Shown in pieces: positions 53,685 through 62,805 of a DNA stretch of 64,000 nucleotides; position 1 is the first letter of the stretch; each line of letters begins with the position of its first letter. This DNA comes from an uncultured Bacteroidales bacterium. Lineage in GTDB: Bacteria > Bacteroidota > Bacteroidia > Bacteroidales > WCHB1-69. The notes below the pieces were generated by a model. That model was given only the letters and a program-made list of their open reading frames with translations, made no database searches and was not told the DNA's origin. The translations under genes and the position numbers were made by a program. The stretch is from assembly GCA_947165685.1 (NCBI GenBank), contig CAMVBK010000001.1:64735-128734 (forward strand), in the 5' to 3' direction.

Positions 53685-54692
53685 ATGAAAAGGGAAAGGA
53701 TGATTCGGAAAAAGGAACGGCTGCATCGTCTCCGCAAGCATCTGTCGCGAATGGACAATCGGGTGCGCCAATTCCAGGATTGGAGGCGTCAGCCCCATCA
53801 AGTGGCACCGATGTCGGACGAGGAACATGATTGCGCCACCTGCGGCACGCACTTCAGGGGAAACTACTGTCCGCGTTGTGGGCAGGCATCGCGCATCGGA
53901 CGTTTCTCCTTCAAGACGGGTGTACTCAACTTTATGGATGTCTGGGGATTGGGCAATCGCGGCATGTTCCGCACCATCCGCGATCTCATTCTACGTCCCG
54001 GTTACATGATCCGCGATTACCTCTCGGGCATGCAGATGGCCTACTTCCCGCCCTTCAAGATGTTCTTCCTACTCGCCGCGTTCTCCATCTTGGTCACCCA
54101 CGGGTTCAATATCAAAGGGAAGGATCTCGAAAAGGATGAAGAAGAAAAGACGGAGACCGTGACGCAAGAGATGGTCACGCCGCCGCAGGAGGACACCGCC
54201 ACGTACGACGAGACCGCTTCCACTCAGCAGGAAGCCGCCAAGCCGCAAAGCGACGAGGGAAAGTACACACGCTATGTGACGTTGGTTTTTCAAGAAATAG
54301 CCAGAAAAATGACTTGGTTCAGCCTGAAGTTTCCGAATATCTGGTCTTTGGTGCTGATGATGTTTGTGTCCGGATTCCTTTACCTGTTTTTCCGACGTTG
54401 TCCCAACATCCCCGACCTTCGCTATGCCGAGCTTTTCATCGCGCTGCTATATTCCGTCAACATGTACTCCATCTACTCAATTGTGTTGAATTTCCTTGCA
54501 CTGCCCCGTATAGCTGCGTTCACTTCCCTGCTCACGCTGATTCCGCTGAAGCAGTTTTCTGGCTACAGTTGGTGGCGCACAACGCTCTACACCATATTGA
54601 GCTTTGTCATTATGTTTGCGTTGATTTTCCTAATCCTCTGTGCGTCCGTGTACCTTGCAGTGTATTTGGACGAGTTCAGGACGGGAGGGTGA
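53685..54692 (+). CDS. DUF3667-like membrane protein with N-terminal zinc ribbon
   Basis: CATCGTHFRGNYCPRCGQ zinc ribbon, followed by multi-TM Yip1-like region. Confidence 0.7.
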   Translation: MKRERMIRKKERLHRLRKHLSRMDNRVRQFQDWRRQPHQVAPMSDEEHDCATCGTHFRGNYCPRCGQASRIGRFSFKTGVLNFMDVWGLGNRGMFRTIRDLILRPGYMIRDYLSGMQMAYFPPFKMFFLLAAFSILVTHGFNIKGKDLEKDEEEKTETVTQEMVTPPQEDTATYDETASTQQEAAKPQSDEGKYTRYVTLVFQEIARKMTWFSLKFPNIWSLVLMMFVSGFLYLFFRRCPNIPDLRYAELFIALLYSVNMYSIYSIVLNFLALPRIAAFTSLLTLIPLKQFSGYSWWRTTLYTILSFVIMFALIFLILCASVYLAVYLDEFRTGG

Positions 54693-54814
54693 ACTTATCC
54701 CGAATTTCGGACGGTAAGTTAAGCTGAAAATCGAAAATGGACAACCACTGGCCAGATGCCAGCAGATTCCGCGATTCGCGGTTGTTGTTTCAATGGCCAA
54801 TGCCTGAGTTGGCA

Positions 54815-57580
54815 TTACTCTTCGTCAAACAGCCCCAATTGCGTTCCAGCACCTTCGCTGTCGGTCGGAATGTCCGATCTGTCAGCGGAAATGGAGTCAA
54901 AGACCTCCTTGGCGATTTCCTCATCCATGGAAGTGACCGGCTCGACGTCGTCGGGCAGACTCTCCTCTTCCGGTTCCTCCTCGGGTTCGTCGTATGGCAG
55001 CGGATCGATGAACTTCACAGACTTGATATCGTTGAAACTGAGTCGTTTACCCTTGGCTCGGGCGGTGGCTAATTCCACCAGTTCGGCGCAGGCGAGCACC
55101 TCCGTGGTGTCTTCCGTGTCGGATTTCTTTGCATGATAGACCACTTCGATCTGCGGCAAATAGTCGATGGAGTAGGCGACCAGTTTGGCGGTGCCGTCGG
55201 TGGGATAGAAATCGACCTTCTTCATCAACACATCGGGTTGGAAACGTTTGATGAAATACTTCTTCTCCTTCTTGAGCTGATAAATGGCGGTGATAATCAT
55301 CGAGGGTTTCCACTTTCGGATGATGTCGAGGTCGTCTTCGAAGTGGAGAGAGGTTTCGTAGCCTGTGATTCTGTAATTTCCCGATTTGTAAACGGTTATG
55401 ATCTTGTCATCCTCGTGGAAGGAGCCGACTAACTCACCTCGGCCGTCGGTGTTGAGGCGCATCACGGCCGATTCGAAATAGACATCGATGGCACTGAGCG
55501 TGGAGATGCCTTTTTGCGCCAGCGTGATGGAGGAGATGGGGTAGCGGGTGACGATGTTGCCTAACGCGGCGCGGTTCTTTACCGCAAGAGTCCCGAAGTC
55601 GAAGTCGAATTCCTTCTTCTTGAGCTTGGGTTTTGGTTTGAGCTTCACGCGCACTACCTCGGCCTCGCCGTTCGGGTTGGAGGTGAAATAGAGCACTTTG
55701 GCGTTCTTGTTGCCCTTCACAAGGTCGTACTTCTTGTCGCGGGTGACGCCGCCCACGTTGAATCGCTTCGCATAGACGGGCCCGTTCACGCCAGCGGAGT
55801 AGATCATGTTGTAGATCTGCCGTTCGTCGCCGCGCCGGAACACCTCCGCATGGATGATGTGCTTGCCCACGAAGTGCTTGTCAGCCACTTTGCTGATGGA
55901 GCATTCGCCGTTCTCGTGGAAGACGATGATGTCGTCCAAGTCGGAGCAAAGGCAGGCGAACTCCACGTCGTCGTCCTTCTTGAGGTTGGTGCCGATGAAG
56001 CCCTCCTTCTTGTTGACGTAGAGCTTCTGGTTGGCCACGGCCACGGTGACCGCGCTGATGGTGTCGAAGCTTTTGATTTCGGTAAGACGCTTGTAGTCAG
56101 CACCATATTTTTTCTTCAGTTGCAAGAAGTAGTTGATGGCATAATCGACGAGATGATCGAGATGGTTCTGCACTTCGTCCATGTTGAGCTCGATTTCGGC
56201 GAGCTTGTCCATGGCGGCCTTGATGTCGAATTTGGAGATTTTGCGCACGGGTTTTTCGCAGAGCGCGAGCACATCGTCGCGGGTGATTTCTTGGCGGAAG
56301 AGCGGGCGGTAGGGGTCGAAGGCGCGCTCGATGCGGTCGATCTGCACGTCCCAGGAGTCGGCATCCTTCTCCAATTCCTTATAGATACGCTTTTCGAAGA
56401 AGATTTTCTCCAAGGAGACCTTGTGCCATTGCTGGCGCAGCTCGTCGAGCTCGATTTCCAGCTCTTTGCGCAGCAGATTGAGGGTGTTCTCGGTGTTGAT
56501 GCGCAGGATGTCCTTGACATTGGTGAAGACGGGCTTGCCGTTCCAAATGACGCAGGCATTGGTGGAATAGGTGATTTCGCAGTCGGTGAAGGCATAGAGC
56601 GCGTCAATGGTCTGGTCGGGGGAGACACCGGGCTGCAGATGGAGGTAAATTTCGGCCTGCGCCGCTGTATTGTCGTCTATCTTTTTGATTTTCAGTTTGC
56701 CGTTGTCAATGGCTTTGGTGATGGAGTTGGTGGATTCGGAGATGAGGTCCTCGGTGGTGGTGCCGTAAGGTATTTCGTTGATTACCAGTGTTTTGTTATC
56801 GACAATGCTGATTTTGGCGCGGTTGCGGATCTTGCCGCCCTGCGCCCCGTTGTTGTAGCGGCTCACGTCGATGGCGCCGCCGGTGGGGAAATCAGGGTAA
56901 ATTTCGAAATCCTCGCCCTTGAGGATGTGTACGGAGGCGTCGATCAGCTCGTTGAAGTTGTGGGGCAGGATGAGGGTGGACATGCCCACGCCGATGCCCT
57001 TCACGCCTTGGGCGAGCAGCAGCGGGAACTTGACGGGCAGCGCGATGGGCTCGCGGTTACGGCCGTCGTAGGAAACCTGCCATTCGGTGGTTTTGTGGTT
57101 GAAGACCACCTCCTTGGCGAACGGGGTGAGGCGTGCTTCGATGTAACGAGGGGCTGCCGCGTCGTCGCCGGTGAGGATGTTTCCCCAGTTACCCTGCGTG
57201 TCGATGAGCAGGTGCTTCTGCCCCAGCTGCACCAAGGCCGCGCCGATGGAAGCGTCACCGTGCGGATGGTACTTCATGGTGTTGCCCACGATGTTGGCCA
57301 CCTTGTTGAAACGGCCGTCCTCCAGCTCGTCCATGGAGTGCAGGATGCGGCGCTGCACGGGCTTCAGTCCGTCATAGACGTCGGGGAAGGCGCGGTCCAG
57401 GATGACGTAGGAGGCGTAGTCCAAATACCATTCGCGGTACATCGACTGGGCGAATATCACTTTGTGCAATCCCGACTCGTCTTGAGTTTCAATGTCTGTA
57501 TCTTCTTGAGGAATAATGACTTCCGATGCGTTTTCATCCATTTCCTCATTCATTTCTTCATCTTCAAAATCTTCTGCCAT
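54815..57580 (-). CDS. parC: DNA topoisomerase IV subunit A
   Basis: DGLKPVQRRILHSM, KYHPHGDASI and AAPRYIEARL motifs. Acidic N- and C-terminal tails. No GyrA-box seen in the CTD. Confidence 0.85.
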   Translation of the reverse strand: MAEDFEDEEMNEEMDENASEVIIPQEDTDIETQDESGLHKVIFAQSMYREWYLDYASYVILDRAFPDVYDGLKPVQRRILHSMDELEDGRFNKVANIVGNTMKYHPHGDASIGAALVQLGQKHLLIDTQGNWGNILTGDDAAAPRYIEARLTPFAKEVVFNHKTTEWQVSYDGRNREPIALPVKFPLLLAQGVKGIGVGMSTLILPHNFNELIDASVHILKGEDFEIYPDFPTGGAIDVSRYNNGAQGGKIRNRAKISIVDNKTLVINEIPYGTTTEDLISESTNSITKAIDNGKLKIKKIDDNTAAQAEIYLHLQPGVSPDQTIDALYAFTDCEITYSTNACVIWNGKPVFTNVKDILRINTENTLNLLRKELEIELDELRQQWHKVSLEKIFFEKRIYKELEKDADSWDVQIDRIERAFDPYRPLFRQEITRDDVLALCEKPVRKISKFDIKAAMDKLAEIELNMDEVQNHLDHLVDYAINYFLQLKKKYGADYKRLTEIKSFDTISAVTVAVANQKLYVNKKEGFIGTNLKKDDDVEFACLCSDLDDIIVFHENGECSISKVADKHFVGKHIIHAEVFRRGDERQIYNMIYSAGVNGPVYAKRFNVGGVTRDKKYDLVKGNKNAKVLYFTSNPNGEAEVVRVKLKPKPKLKKKEFDFDFGTLAVKNRAALGNIVTRYPISSITLAQKGISTLSAIDVYFESAVMRLNTDGRGELVGSFHEDDKIITVYKSGNYRITGYETSLHFEDDLDIIRKWKPSMIITAIYQLKKEKKYFIKRFQPDVLMKKVDFYPTDGTAKLVAYSIDYLPQIEVVYHAKKSDTEDTTEVLACAELVELATARAKGKRLSFNDIKSVKFIDPLPYDEPEEEPEEESLPDDVEPVTSMDEEIAKEVFDSISADRSDIPTDSEGAGTQLGLFDEE

Positions 57581-57654
57581 AGGTGGGGTGGTTTTAAGGC
57601 GCGAAGATACGATTTTTTTTAATGGTGAATGTCGTGCGATGAATGAAGAAAGTG

Positions 57655-57662
57655 TACCTTTG
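57655..57662 (+). promoter_or_regulatory. -7 promoter box (TACCTTTG)
   Basis: 80 nt upstream of ATG 57742. Confidence 0.35.
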
Positions 57663-57693
57663 CACCTCGAAATGCAGAAACCACTGTCATCCC

Positions 57694-57729
57694 CCTAATC
57701 CCTAATCCATTAACCGAATAACCCATTAA
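57694..57729 (+). repeat. CCTAATC-type heptamer repeat in 5' leader/spacer
   Basis: CCTAATC CCTAATC CATTAAC, then degenerate units. TAA at 57697, 57704, 57711, 57719 and 57727. Confidence 0.7.
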
Positions 57730-57741
57730 CCCTCACCAAAG

Positions 57742-59178
57742 ATGGACAGAAGCAGAGGCACATTCGAAGAGAGTCTGCGCCGGAATTTCGGCTTCGAGCC
57801 GACCGTCAGCCAGGCGTCGGCCATGGGCCGGCTTGCCGATTTCATCTACGGCAAGGGAGAGAACTTCCTCTTCCAGTTGTCGGGGTATGCCGGCACGGGC
57901 AAGACCAGTCTGGTGAGCGCGTTGGTGAAGACGCTGTCCGGCATTGGCGTGCACATTGTGATGCTCGCGCCCACGGGTCGGGCCGCCAAAGTGCTTTCGC
58001 AGTATTCCGGACGCAAGGCCTACACCATCCACAAGTGGATATACCGGGTCTATAGCAAGGAGGGGGTTCGTCGGTTTGTGCGGCGCGAGAACAAGGACGC
58101 ACACACGCTTTTCATCGTTGATGAGGCCTCGATGATTTCGGCGCAGGGAAGCGTCAACGACTTGACGGGCAATAGTTTGTTGGACGACCTGATGGAGTTT
58201 GTGTTCCTCGGCGACAGCAACCGGATGTTGTTCGTGGGCGATGACGCGCAGTTGCCGCCGGTGCATGCGGACGAGAGTCCCGCTTTGGATGCCGATTATC
58301 TGAGAAGTGCCTATAATGTGGAAGTTTTCGGGGCGAAGCTGACCGATGTGGTGCGCCAGTCGCTCGATTCGGGCATTCTCTACAATGCCACGCGGGTGCG
58401 CGACAAACTCAACGCTGGTGACTACACTCCGCCGTTGTTCAGCGGAAGGCCGTTCGAGGATTTCCGGCGCATCAGCGGCGGCGAGATGGAGGAGCTGCTC
58501 AACACCCTCTACAACGACCACGACCATGACGAAATCGTCATTGTGACGCGCTCCAACAAGCGTGCCTTCCAGTTCAACAATGCCGTGCGAAGCCGCGTGC
58601 TCTTCCGCGAAAATATCATTGCCACAGGCGATTACATTATGGCGGTGAAAAATAATTACTACTGGTTAGACGAGCTCTCTGAGGCGGGCTTCTTGGCCAA
58701 CGGCGACATCATGGAGATTATGTCCATACACAAGCAGGAGGAACTCTACGGTTTCCATTTCGCGGACGTGACCGTGCGCCTGTGTGACTATCCCGAGCAT
58801 CCGTATGTGGACTTGAAGATTATTTTGGAGAGCCTCGACTGCGATGGACCGTCGCTCTCGCACGAGGCGAATCAGAAACTCTACTATGCAGTGGCTGAGG
58901 ACTATATGGATATTGTCAACCCTCGGGCGCGGTTCATGAAGGTGAAGGAAGACCCCTTCCTGAACGCCGTGCAGGTGAAGTTCGCCTACGCGCTGACCTG
59001 CCATAAGACCCAGGGCGGCCAGTGGAAGCATGTGCTCATCGACCAGGGCTATCTGCCCGACAACAGCACCGACAAGGAGTATCTCCGTTGGATGTACACC
59101 GCCGTCACGCGCGGCACGGAACAGGTCTATCTGCTGAACTTCAACGATGAAATGTTTGGGACAGATCCCGAATCCTGA
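57742..59178 (+). CDS. SF1B RecD/Pif1-like ATP-dependent DNA helicase
   Basis: Walker A GYAGTGKTS, Walker B FIVDEASM, GDDAQLPPV motif, C-terminal AYALTCHKTQGGQW (UvrD_C_2). Confidence 0.85.
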   Translation: MDRSRGTFEESLRRNFGFEPTVSQASAMGRLADFIYGKGENFLFQLSGYAGTGKTSLVSALVKTLSGIGVHIVMLAPTGRAAKVLSQYSGRKAYTIHKWIYRVYSKEGVRRFVRRENKDAHTLFIVDEASMISAQGSVNDLTGNSLLDDLMEFVFLGDSNRMLFVGDDAQLPPVHADESPALDADYLRSAYNVEVFGAKLTDVVRQSLDSGILYNATRVRDKLNAGDYTPPLFSGRPFEDFRRISGGEMEELLNTLYNDHDHDEIVIVTRSNKRAFQFNNAVRSRVLFRENIIATGDYIMAVKNNYYWLDELSEAGFLANGDIMEIMSIHKQEELYGFHFADVTVRLCDYPEHPYVDLKIILESLDCDGPSLSHEANQKLYYAVAEDYMDIVNPRARFMKVKEDPFLNAVQVKFAYALTCHKTQGGQWKHVLIDQGYLPDNSTDKEYLRWMYTAVTRGTEQVYLLNFNDEMFGTDPES

Positions 59179-59261
59179 AACTTGAAATCATTGAAACACA
59201 AATTCTTGCGCGGACGAAAAATATTTTTTTCCAAACAAGGCGCAGGTATAAGAAAAAAGTG

Positions 59262-59269
59262 TATTTTTG
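59262..59269 (+). promoter_or_regulatory. -7 promoter box (TATTTTTG) for tRNA-Val
   Basis: 14 nt upstream of the tRNA 5' end. Confidence 0.5.
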
Positions 59270-59282
59270 CAGCCGCAAATGA

Positions 59283-59357
59283 GGGACGTTAGCCCAGTCG
59301 GTTCAGAGCGCTGCCTTCACACGGCAGAGGTCACTGGTTCGAGTCCAGTACGTCCCA
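59283..59357 (+). tRNA. tRNA-Val (anticodon CAC)
   Basis: 75-nt cloverleaf: acceptor GGGACGT/ACGTCCC, anticodon stem CTGCC/GGCAG with loop TTCACAC, T-arm ACTGG-TTCGAGT-CCAGT. One C-A mismatch in the D stem. CCA not encoded. Confidence 0.9.
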
Positions 59358-59368
59358 CAAACAGTAAA

Positions 59369-59398
59369 AGCATCCTGAACGGGATGCTTTTTTGTTTT
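59369..59398 (+). terminator. rho-independent terminator after tRNA-Val
   Basis: 7-bp stem AGCATCC/GGATGCT, then TTTTTGTTTT. Confidence 0.7.
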
Positions 59399-59402
59399 CA
59401 GA

Positions 59403-60341
59403 CTATTGTGCCGCGTTTTTCCCTTGCCAGCTGTTGCGGCTTGCCAGTTCCGTCTCAATGTCGCGCACTAAGGCGTCATGGCGGTGCAGCTGCCAGCGCG
59501 AGACCGCTAAGTAACGGGGCGGGGCTTCTGCGGAAAATCGTTCCACCACAATCTCCGGCAACAATCGTTCCAGGCAATCAGCCATAAAACGGGCGTATTC
59601 AATGGCCGTGAATGTGTGAAAACGCTCGGGAAAGGCTTCAAATTCCGTTTCCATAGCCGTTTTTTTGAAGATTTGCAACTGATGGAACTTGATGAATTGA
59701 GGCCCTAACTGATTGATTTTCTGTATGTCGTTCAACCAGAGGGATGGCGTTTCGTTCGGCAGGCCGAGAATCAGGTGTGCGCAAACAGGTATTTCACGCT
59801 CCCGCAACTGCTGGAAGGCTTGTCGTGTGCATGCCGTGTCGTGCCCTCGCCGGATGTGCGCAAGTGTCTCGTCGTGAAGGCTTTCCACCCCTAATTCCAC
59901 CGTCAAATGTGTACGGGCATTCAGTTCCGAAAGATAGTCGAGCACAGCATCGGGCAGGCAATCGGGGCGGGTGGATATAACAAGCCCTTTTATATCAGCC
60001 ACTTGCAAGGCTTCTTCAAACTTTTTGCGAAGAATGTCAACCGAAGCATTGGTGTTTGTAAAAGATTGGAAATAAGCAAAATAACCGTTGTTGGCTGGAT
60101 ACCGCTTTTGGAAGAAGCGTTTGCCGTTCTCCAACTGTGCGGCCACATCGTCGTTCGCCGACACGTAGGCCGGCGTAAAAGCCTCGTTGGCGCAGTAGCT
60201 GCATCCGCCGTGCGTCCGGCTCGCCCGGTTCGGGCAGGAAAAACCGGCATCCACCGGCAATTTCTGGATTCTGCCGCCATAGTTCTCCCTGCAATGACGG
60301 CTATAGGCATTGAAACGGCGGTTGTCACCCCACGGAAACAT
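59403..60341 (-). CDS. TIGR01212-family radical SAM protein (YhcC-like)
   Basis: KLPVDAGFSCPNRASRTHGGCSYCANEAF motif. ATG 60341 shares one base with the upstream TGA. GTG 60344 is an alternative start. Confidence 0.88.
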   Translation of the reverse strand: MFPWGDNRRFNAYSRHCRENYGGRIQKLPVDAGFSCPNRASRTHGGCSYCANEAFTPAYVSANDDVAAQLENGKRFFQKRYPANNGYFAYFQSFTNTNASVDILRKKFEEALQVADIKGLVISTRPDCLPDAVLDYLSELNARTHLTVELGVESLHDETLAHIRRGHDTACTRQAFQQLREREIPVCAHLILGLPNETPSLWLNDIQKINQLGPQFIKFHQLQIFKKTAMETEFEAFPERFHTFTAIEYARFMADCLERLLPEIVVERFSAEAPPRYLAVSRWQLHRHDALVRDIETELASRNSWQGKNAAQ

Positions 60342-60841
60342 CACTCCTCGTCTTGGTACAAGAGATTGTTCCCGAAGGGATCCAGATAGTGCAGCGACTT
60401 CTTATCTGGATTTACGAGGAACATAAATTCCTGATTTTCATTATCTTTCTTGTAATTCCCCGTCACCATGAACAGCAAGACACCCTGCGTGAGAAGGTCG
60501 CCGTTGTCAATCAGGTCGTCCATGTCGCGTTGCGTGCGCTTGGTTTCCCGGAAGGAGAGTCCGATCACTTCGCGCTTGGCACTGTCCTCCTCGTCCCAGT
60601 ACATCTGCTCGTATGCGTCCGCCATATTGCCCAAAAGCTCGGAGTTCAGCTTTGCGTAGCTGAATTCGGTCAGCGTGTCCACGCTGGTGATCGTAAGATC
60701 TTTATAATCTTTGATTTCTTCCTGTTGCAGATAGATTTTTGCCATCTTCTTCATCTGGCGGTTCAGTTTTTTTTGCTGCATGTTCTGGCAGCCGGCGAGC
60801 AACAGCGCGGTGACAAGGAGGATAAGGATATTCCTGTTCAT
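60341..60841 (-). CDS. hypothetical lipoprotein
   Basis: MNRNILILLVTALLLAGC lipobox. No family recognised. Confidence 0.6.
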   Translation of the reverse strand: MNRNILILLVTALLLAGCQNMQQKKLNRQMKKMAKIYLQQEEIKDYKDLTITSVDTLTEFSYAKLNSELLGNMADAYEQMYWDEEDSAKREVIGLSFRETKRTQRDMDDLIDNGDLLTQGVLLFMVTGNYKKDNENQEFMFLVNPDKKSLHYLDPFGNNLLYQDEE

Positions 60842-60866
60842 AGGTCAAGACAATGGGTTGGCGGGG

Positions 60867-61961
60867 TTATTCGAACACGAAACCGATGGAATTCACATCG
60901 ACAGGCTGTTTGGCGGAGGAAAAGACGGTGGCGCCCGCTTGATACATGTTGATGATGCCGAAGTCGTGGAGGCTGCGGCCGTTTTGGTTGAGGGAAATTC
61001 GGACCGGCATTTCCGTGCGGGTGAGGTAGGAAGATGTCGGGTATTGCAACGACACTTTCTCGATAGGGTGCTGGTACATGCGTTTGAAGGAAAGCTGGTA
61101 GGCGTTTGTCGCCGCGCCTTTTCCCGTATCAAAGCCCTTTTCCGGGCTTAAGTAGAAAGCGGTCATCGGTTCATTCAGATTGTCAGAGGGGGTCAGATAC
61201 AGCACGTACTCAATGGTGTCCGCGACGGTCACGCCAGTGAAGAGGCTCATGTAGTTGCTTTCCCAGTTTTTCAGTTCCGCGAGCATGGTTTGGAGGGCTT
61301 CGCCGCTGTAGGGGGTCTCCTGTTCCCCGGCGGCCAGCGCGTATTGGTCTTTGCGGCTCTTCATGATGGCGTCGGCGGCCTCTCGCGCCTTGCTATCGAA
61401 GCTCTTGGAGACGGTCTTCGTGTGGCTGGCGGGTACCTGGGTCACCACGCCGTCAATGATTTTCGTATCGACGAACGCCTCCGATTGTTGCGTGTAGGAG
61501 ATGTCCGCATAGTTCTTGAAAAATTCAGGCAGCGAGGCGGTATGGGTTTGGTAAACGATCAAGCCGGTGTCGGGAAGGAACACTGTGGAAGATTTCCGTC
61601 CGGCATCCCAGGCATCCGCAACCGCCGCGTTGGTTGTGTAGGCGCGATAGACGTTCGTCAGGTCGGGCGTCCGCAGGGGCTCCACCTTCACCGAGTTCAG
61701 CGCATAGCGGGTCTGGTTCTGCTTGATGATGTTGGTCAGGCCGAGCAGGCTTTCGGCATAGTCCGCGAAATAGCCCCGCACCTCCCGCACTTTGGAGACG
61801 GAGACCGTCACCTTCAGCGTGGTGGTCGGAAGCGCGTACGTGACGGATCCGGTATATTTCACCTTCTCGGGCAGATTGCCCAACGGATAAACCTGCACCT
61901 GCGCCGACATTTGCACCGCAAGCGCACAAATCACCAAATATACGAATGTCTTCTTTATCAT
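60867..61961 (-). CDS. DUF4831-like secreted protein
   Basis: Signal peptide. Family call is from memory of the N-terminal pattern (YALPTTTLKVTVSVSK...), so the family assignment is lower confidence. Confidence 0.55.
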   Translation of the reverse strand: MIKKTFVYLVICALAVQMSAQVQVYPLGNLPEKVKYTGSVTYALPTTTLKVTVSVSKVREVRGYFADYAESLLGLTNIIKQNQTRYALNSVKVEPLRTPDLTNVYRAYTTNAAVADAWDAGRKSSTVFLPDTGLIVYQTHTASLPEFFKNYADISYTQQSEAFVDTKIIDGVVTQVPASHTKTVSKSFDSKAREAADAIMKSRKDQYALAAGEQETPYSGEALQTMLAELKNWESNYMSLFTGVTVADTIEYVLYLTPSDNLNEPMTAFYLSPEKGFDTGKGAATNAYQLSFKRMYQHPIEKVSLQYPTSSYLTRTEMPVRISLNQNGRSLHDFGIINMYQAGATVFSSAKQPVDVNSIGFVFE

Positions 61962-61962
61962 T

Positions 61963-62004
61963 TTAACCCTTAATTCTTAATTTTTAATTCTTAATTCTTA
62001 ATCC
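61963..62004. repeat. tandem heptamer repeat TTAAYYC x6 spanning the whole intergenic spacer
   Basis: TTAACCC TTAATTC TTAATTT TTAATTC TTAATTC TTAATCC. The last unit contains the stop codon of the Zn-peptidase gene. Confidence 0.9.
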
Positions 62005-62693
62005 CGTCTGCCTCCCAAGAAAATCATGATGTAATACAGCAATGTCGCCAACGAGGAGATGGCGGCGATGAGGTAGGTGCGGGCGGCCCACTTGAGGGCA
62101 TCCTTGGCCATGGAGGTTTCGTTGCCGGTGGTGATGGCGTGCGTGTCGAGCCATTCCACGGCGCGTTCGGAGGCGTTGTACTCTACCGGCAGGGTGATGA
62201 CGGAGAAGAGGGTGGTGAGGGCGAAGAAGGCGATGCCGACGAGCAGCACCCAGCGGCCGACGTTGAGCAGCTGCATGCTCATCAGCACGATGCCGGCCAG
62301 CAGGATCCATTGCGAGAACTGGGAGCCGAACTGTACGGCGGGCACCAGTTTGGAGCGCATGGTGAGCCACTGGTAGGCGGTGGCGTGCTGCACGGCGTGC
62401 CCGCACTCGTGTGCGGCAACGGCGGCGGAGGCGATGTTGCGGCCCTGATAGACGCCTTGGCTCAGGTTCACCGTTTTCGTGGCAGGGTTGTAGTGGTCGG
62501 TGAGGTAACCGTTGGTGCAGGTGACCTGCACATCGTATATCCCGTTGTCTCTCAGCATTTTCTCGGCTACTTCCTTGCCGGAGAGCCCGCTACTGATCGG
62601 GGTTTTCGAATATTTTTCAATACGTGAGGTCAGGGTTCGCTGCACAATGAAGCTCACGACCATCAAAGCGATAAAGATAATCCAGTATCCCAT
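61998..62693 (-). CDS. membrane-associated neutral zinc metallopeptidase (Zn_peptidase_2 family)
   Basis: HECGHAVQH (HExxH) flanked by TM helices. 231 aa. Confidence 0.85.
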   Translation of the reverse strand: MGYWIIFIALMVVSFIVQRTLTSRIEKYSKTPISSGLSGKEVAEKMLRDNGIYDVQVTCTNGYLTDHYNPATKTVNLSQGVYQGRNIASAAVAAHECGHAVQHATAYQWLTMRSKLVPAVQFGSQFSQWILLAGIVLMSMQLLNVGRWVLLVGIAFFALTTLFSVITLPVEYNASERAVEWLDTHAITTGNETSMAKDALKWAARTYLIAAISSLATLLYYIMIFLGGRRD

Positions 62694-62718
62694 TTTTTTC
62701 TTTATTTATTTTGAAGCG

Positions 62719-62726
62719 CAAAAGTA
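62719..62726 (-). promoter_or_regulatory. -7 promoter box (TACTTTTG on minus strand)
   Basis: 26 nt upstream of ATG 62693. Confidence 0.45.
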
Positions 62727-62805
62727 CAAAAATAATGCCATAAATCAGCGGTCGGCTTTGCCGGAAATAATCAGTTTGGCTAATAATTAGGCAATTGCTT
62801 GAATA

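Noticed and set aside
53400-53758. Mutually overlapping N-terminal extensions of the ccp (to 53758) and DUF3667 (from 53400) ORFs.
   Set aside because: The two extensions overlap each other on opposite strands. They contain both divergent -7 boxes. Lipobox or zinc-ribbon starts lie downstream at 53506 (or 53590) and 53685.
55850-57622. 590-aa ORF antisense to parC.
   Set aside because: Same codon-aligned antisense frame as parC (both 2 mod 3). The product is Val/Asp/Gly-rich with no motifs. It is explained by avoidance of TTA, CTA and TCA in parC.
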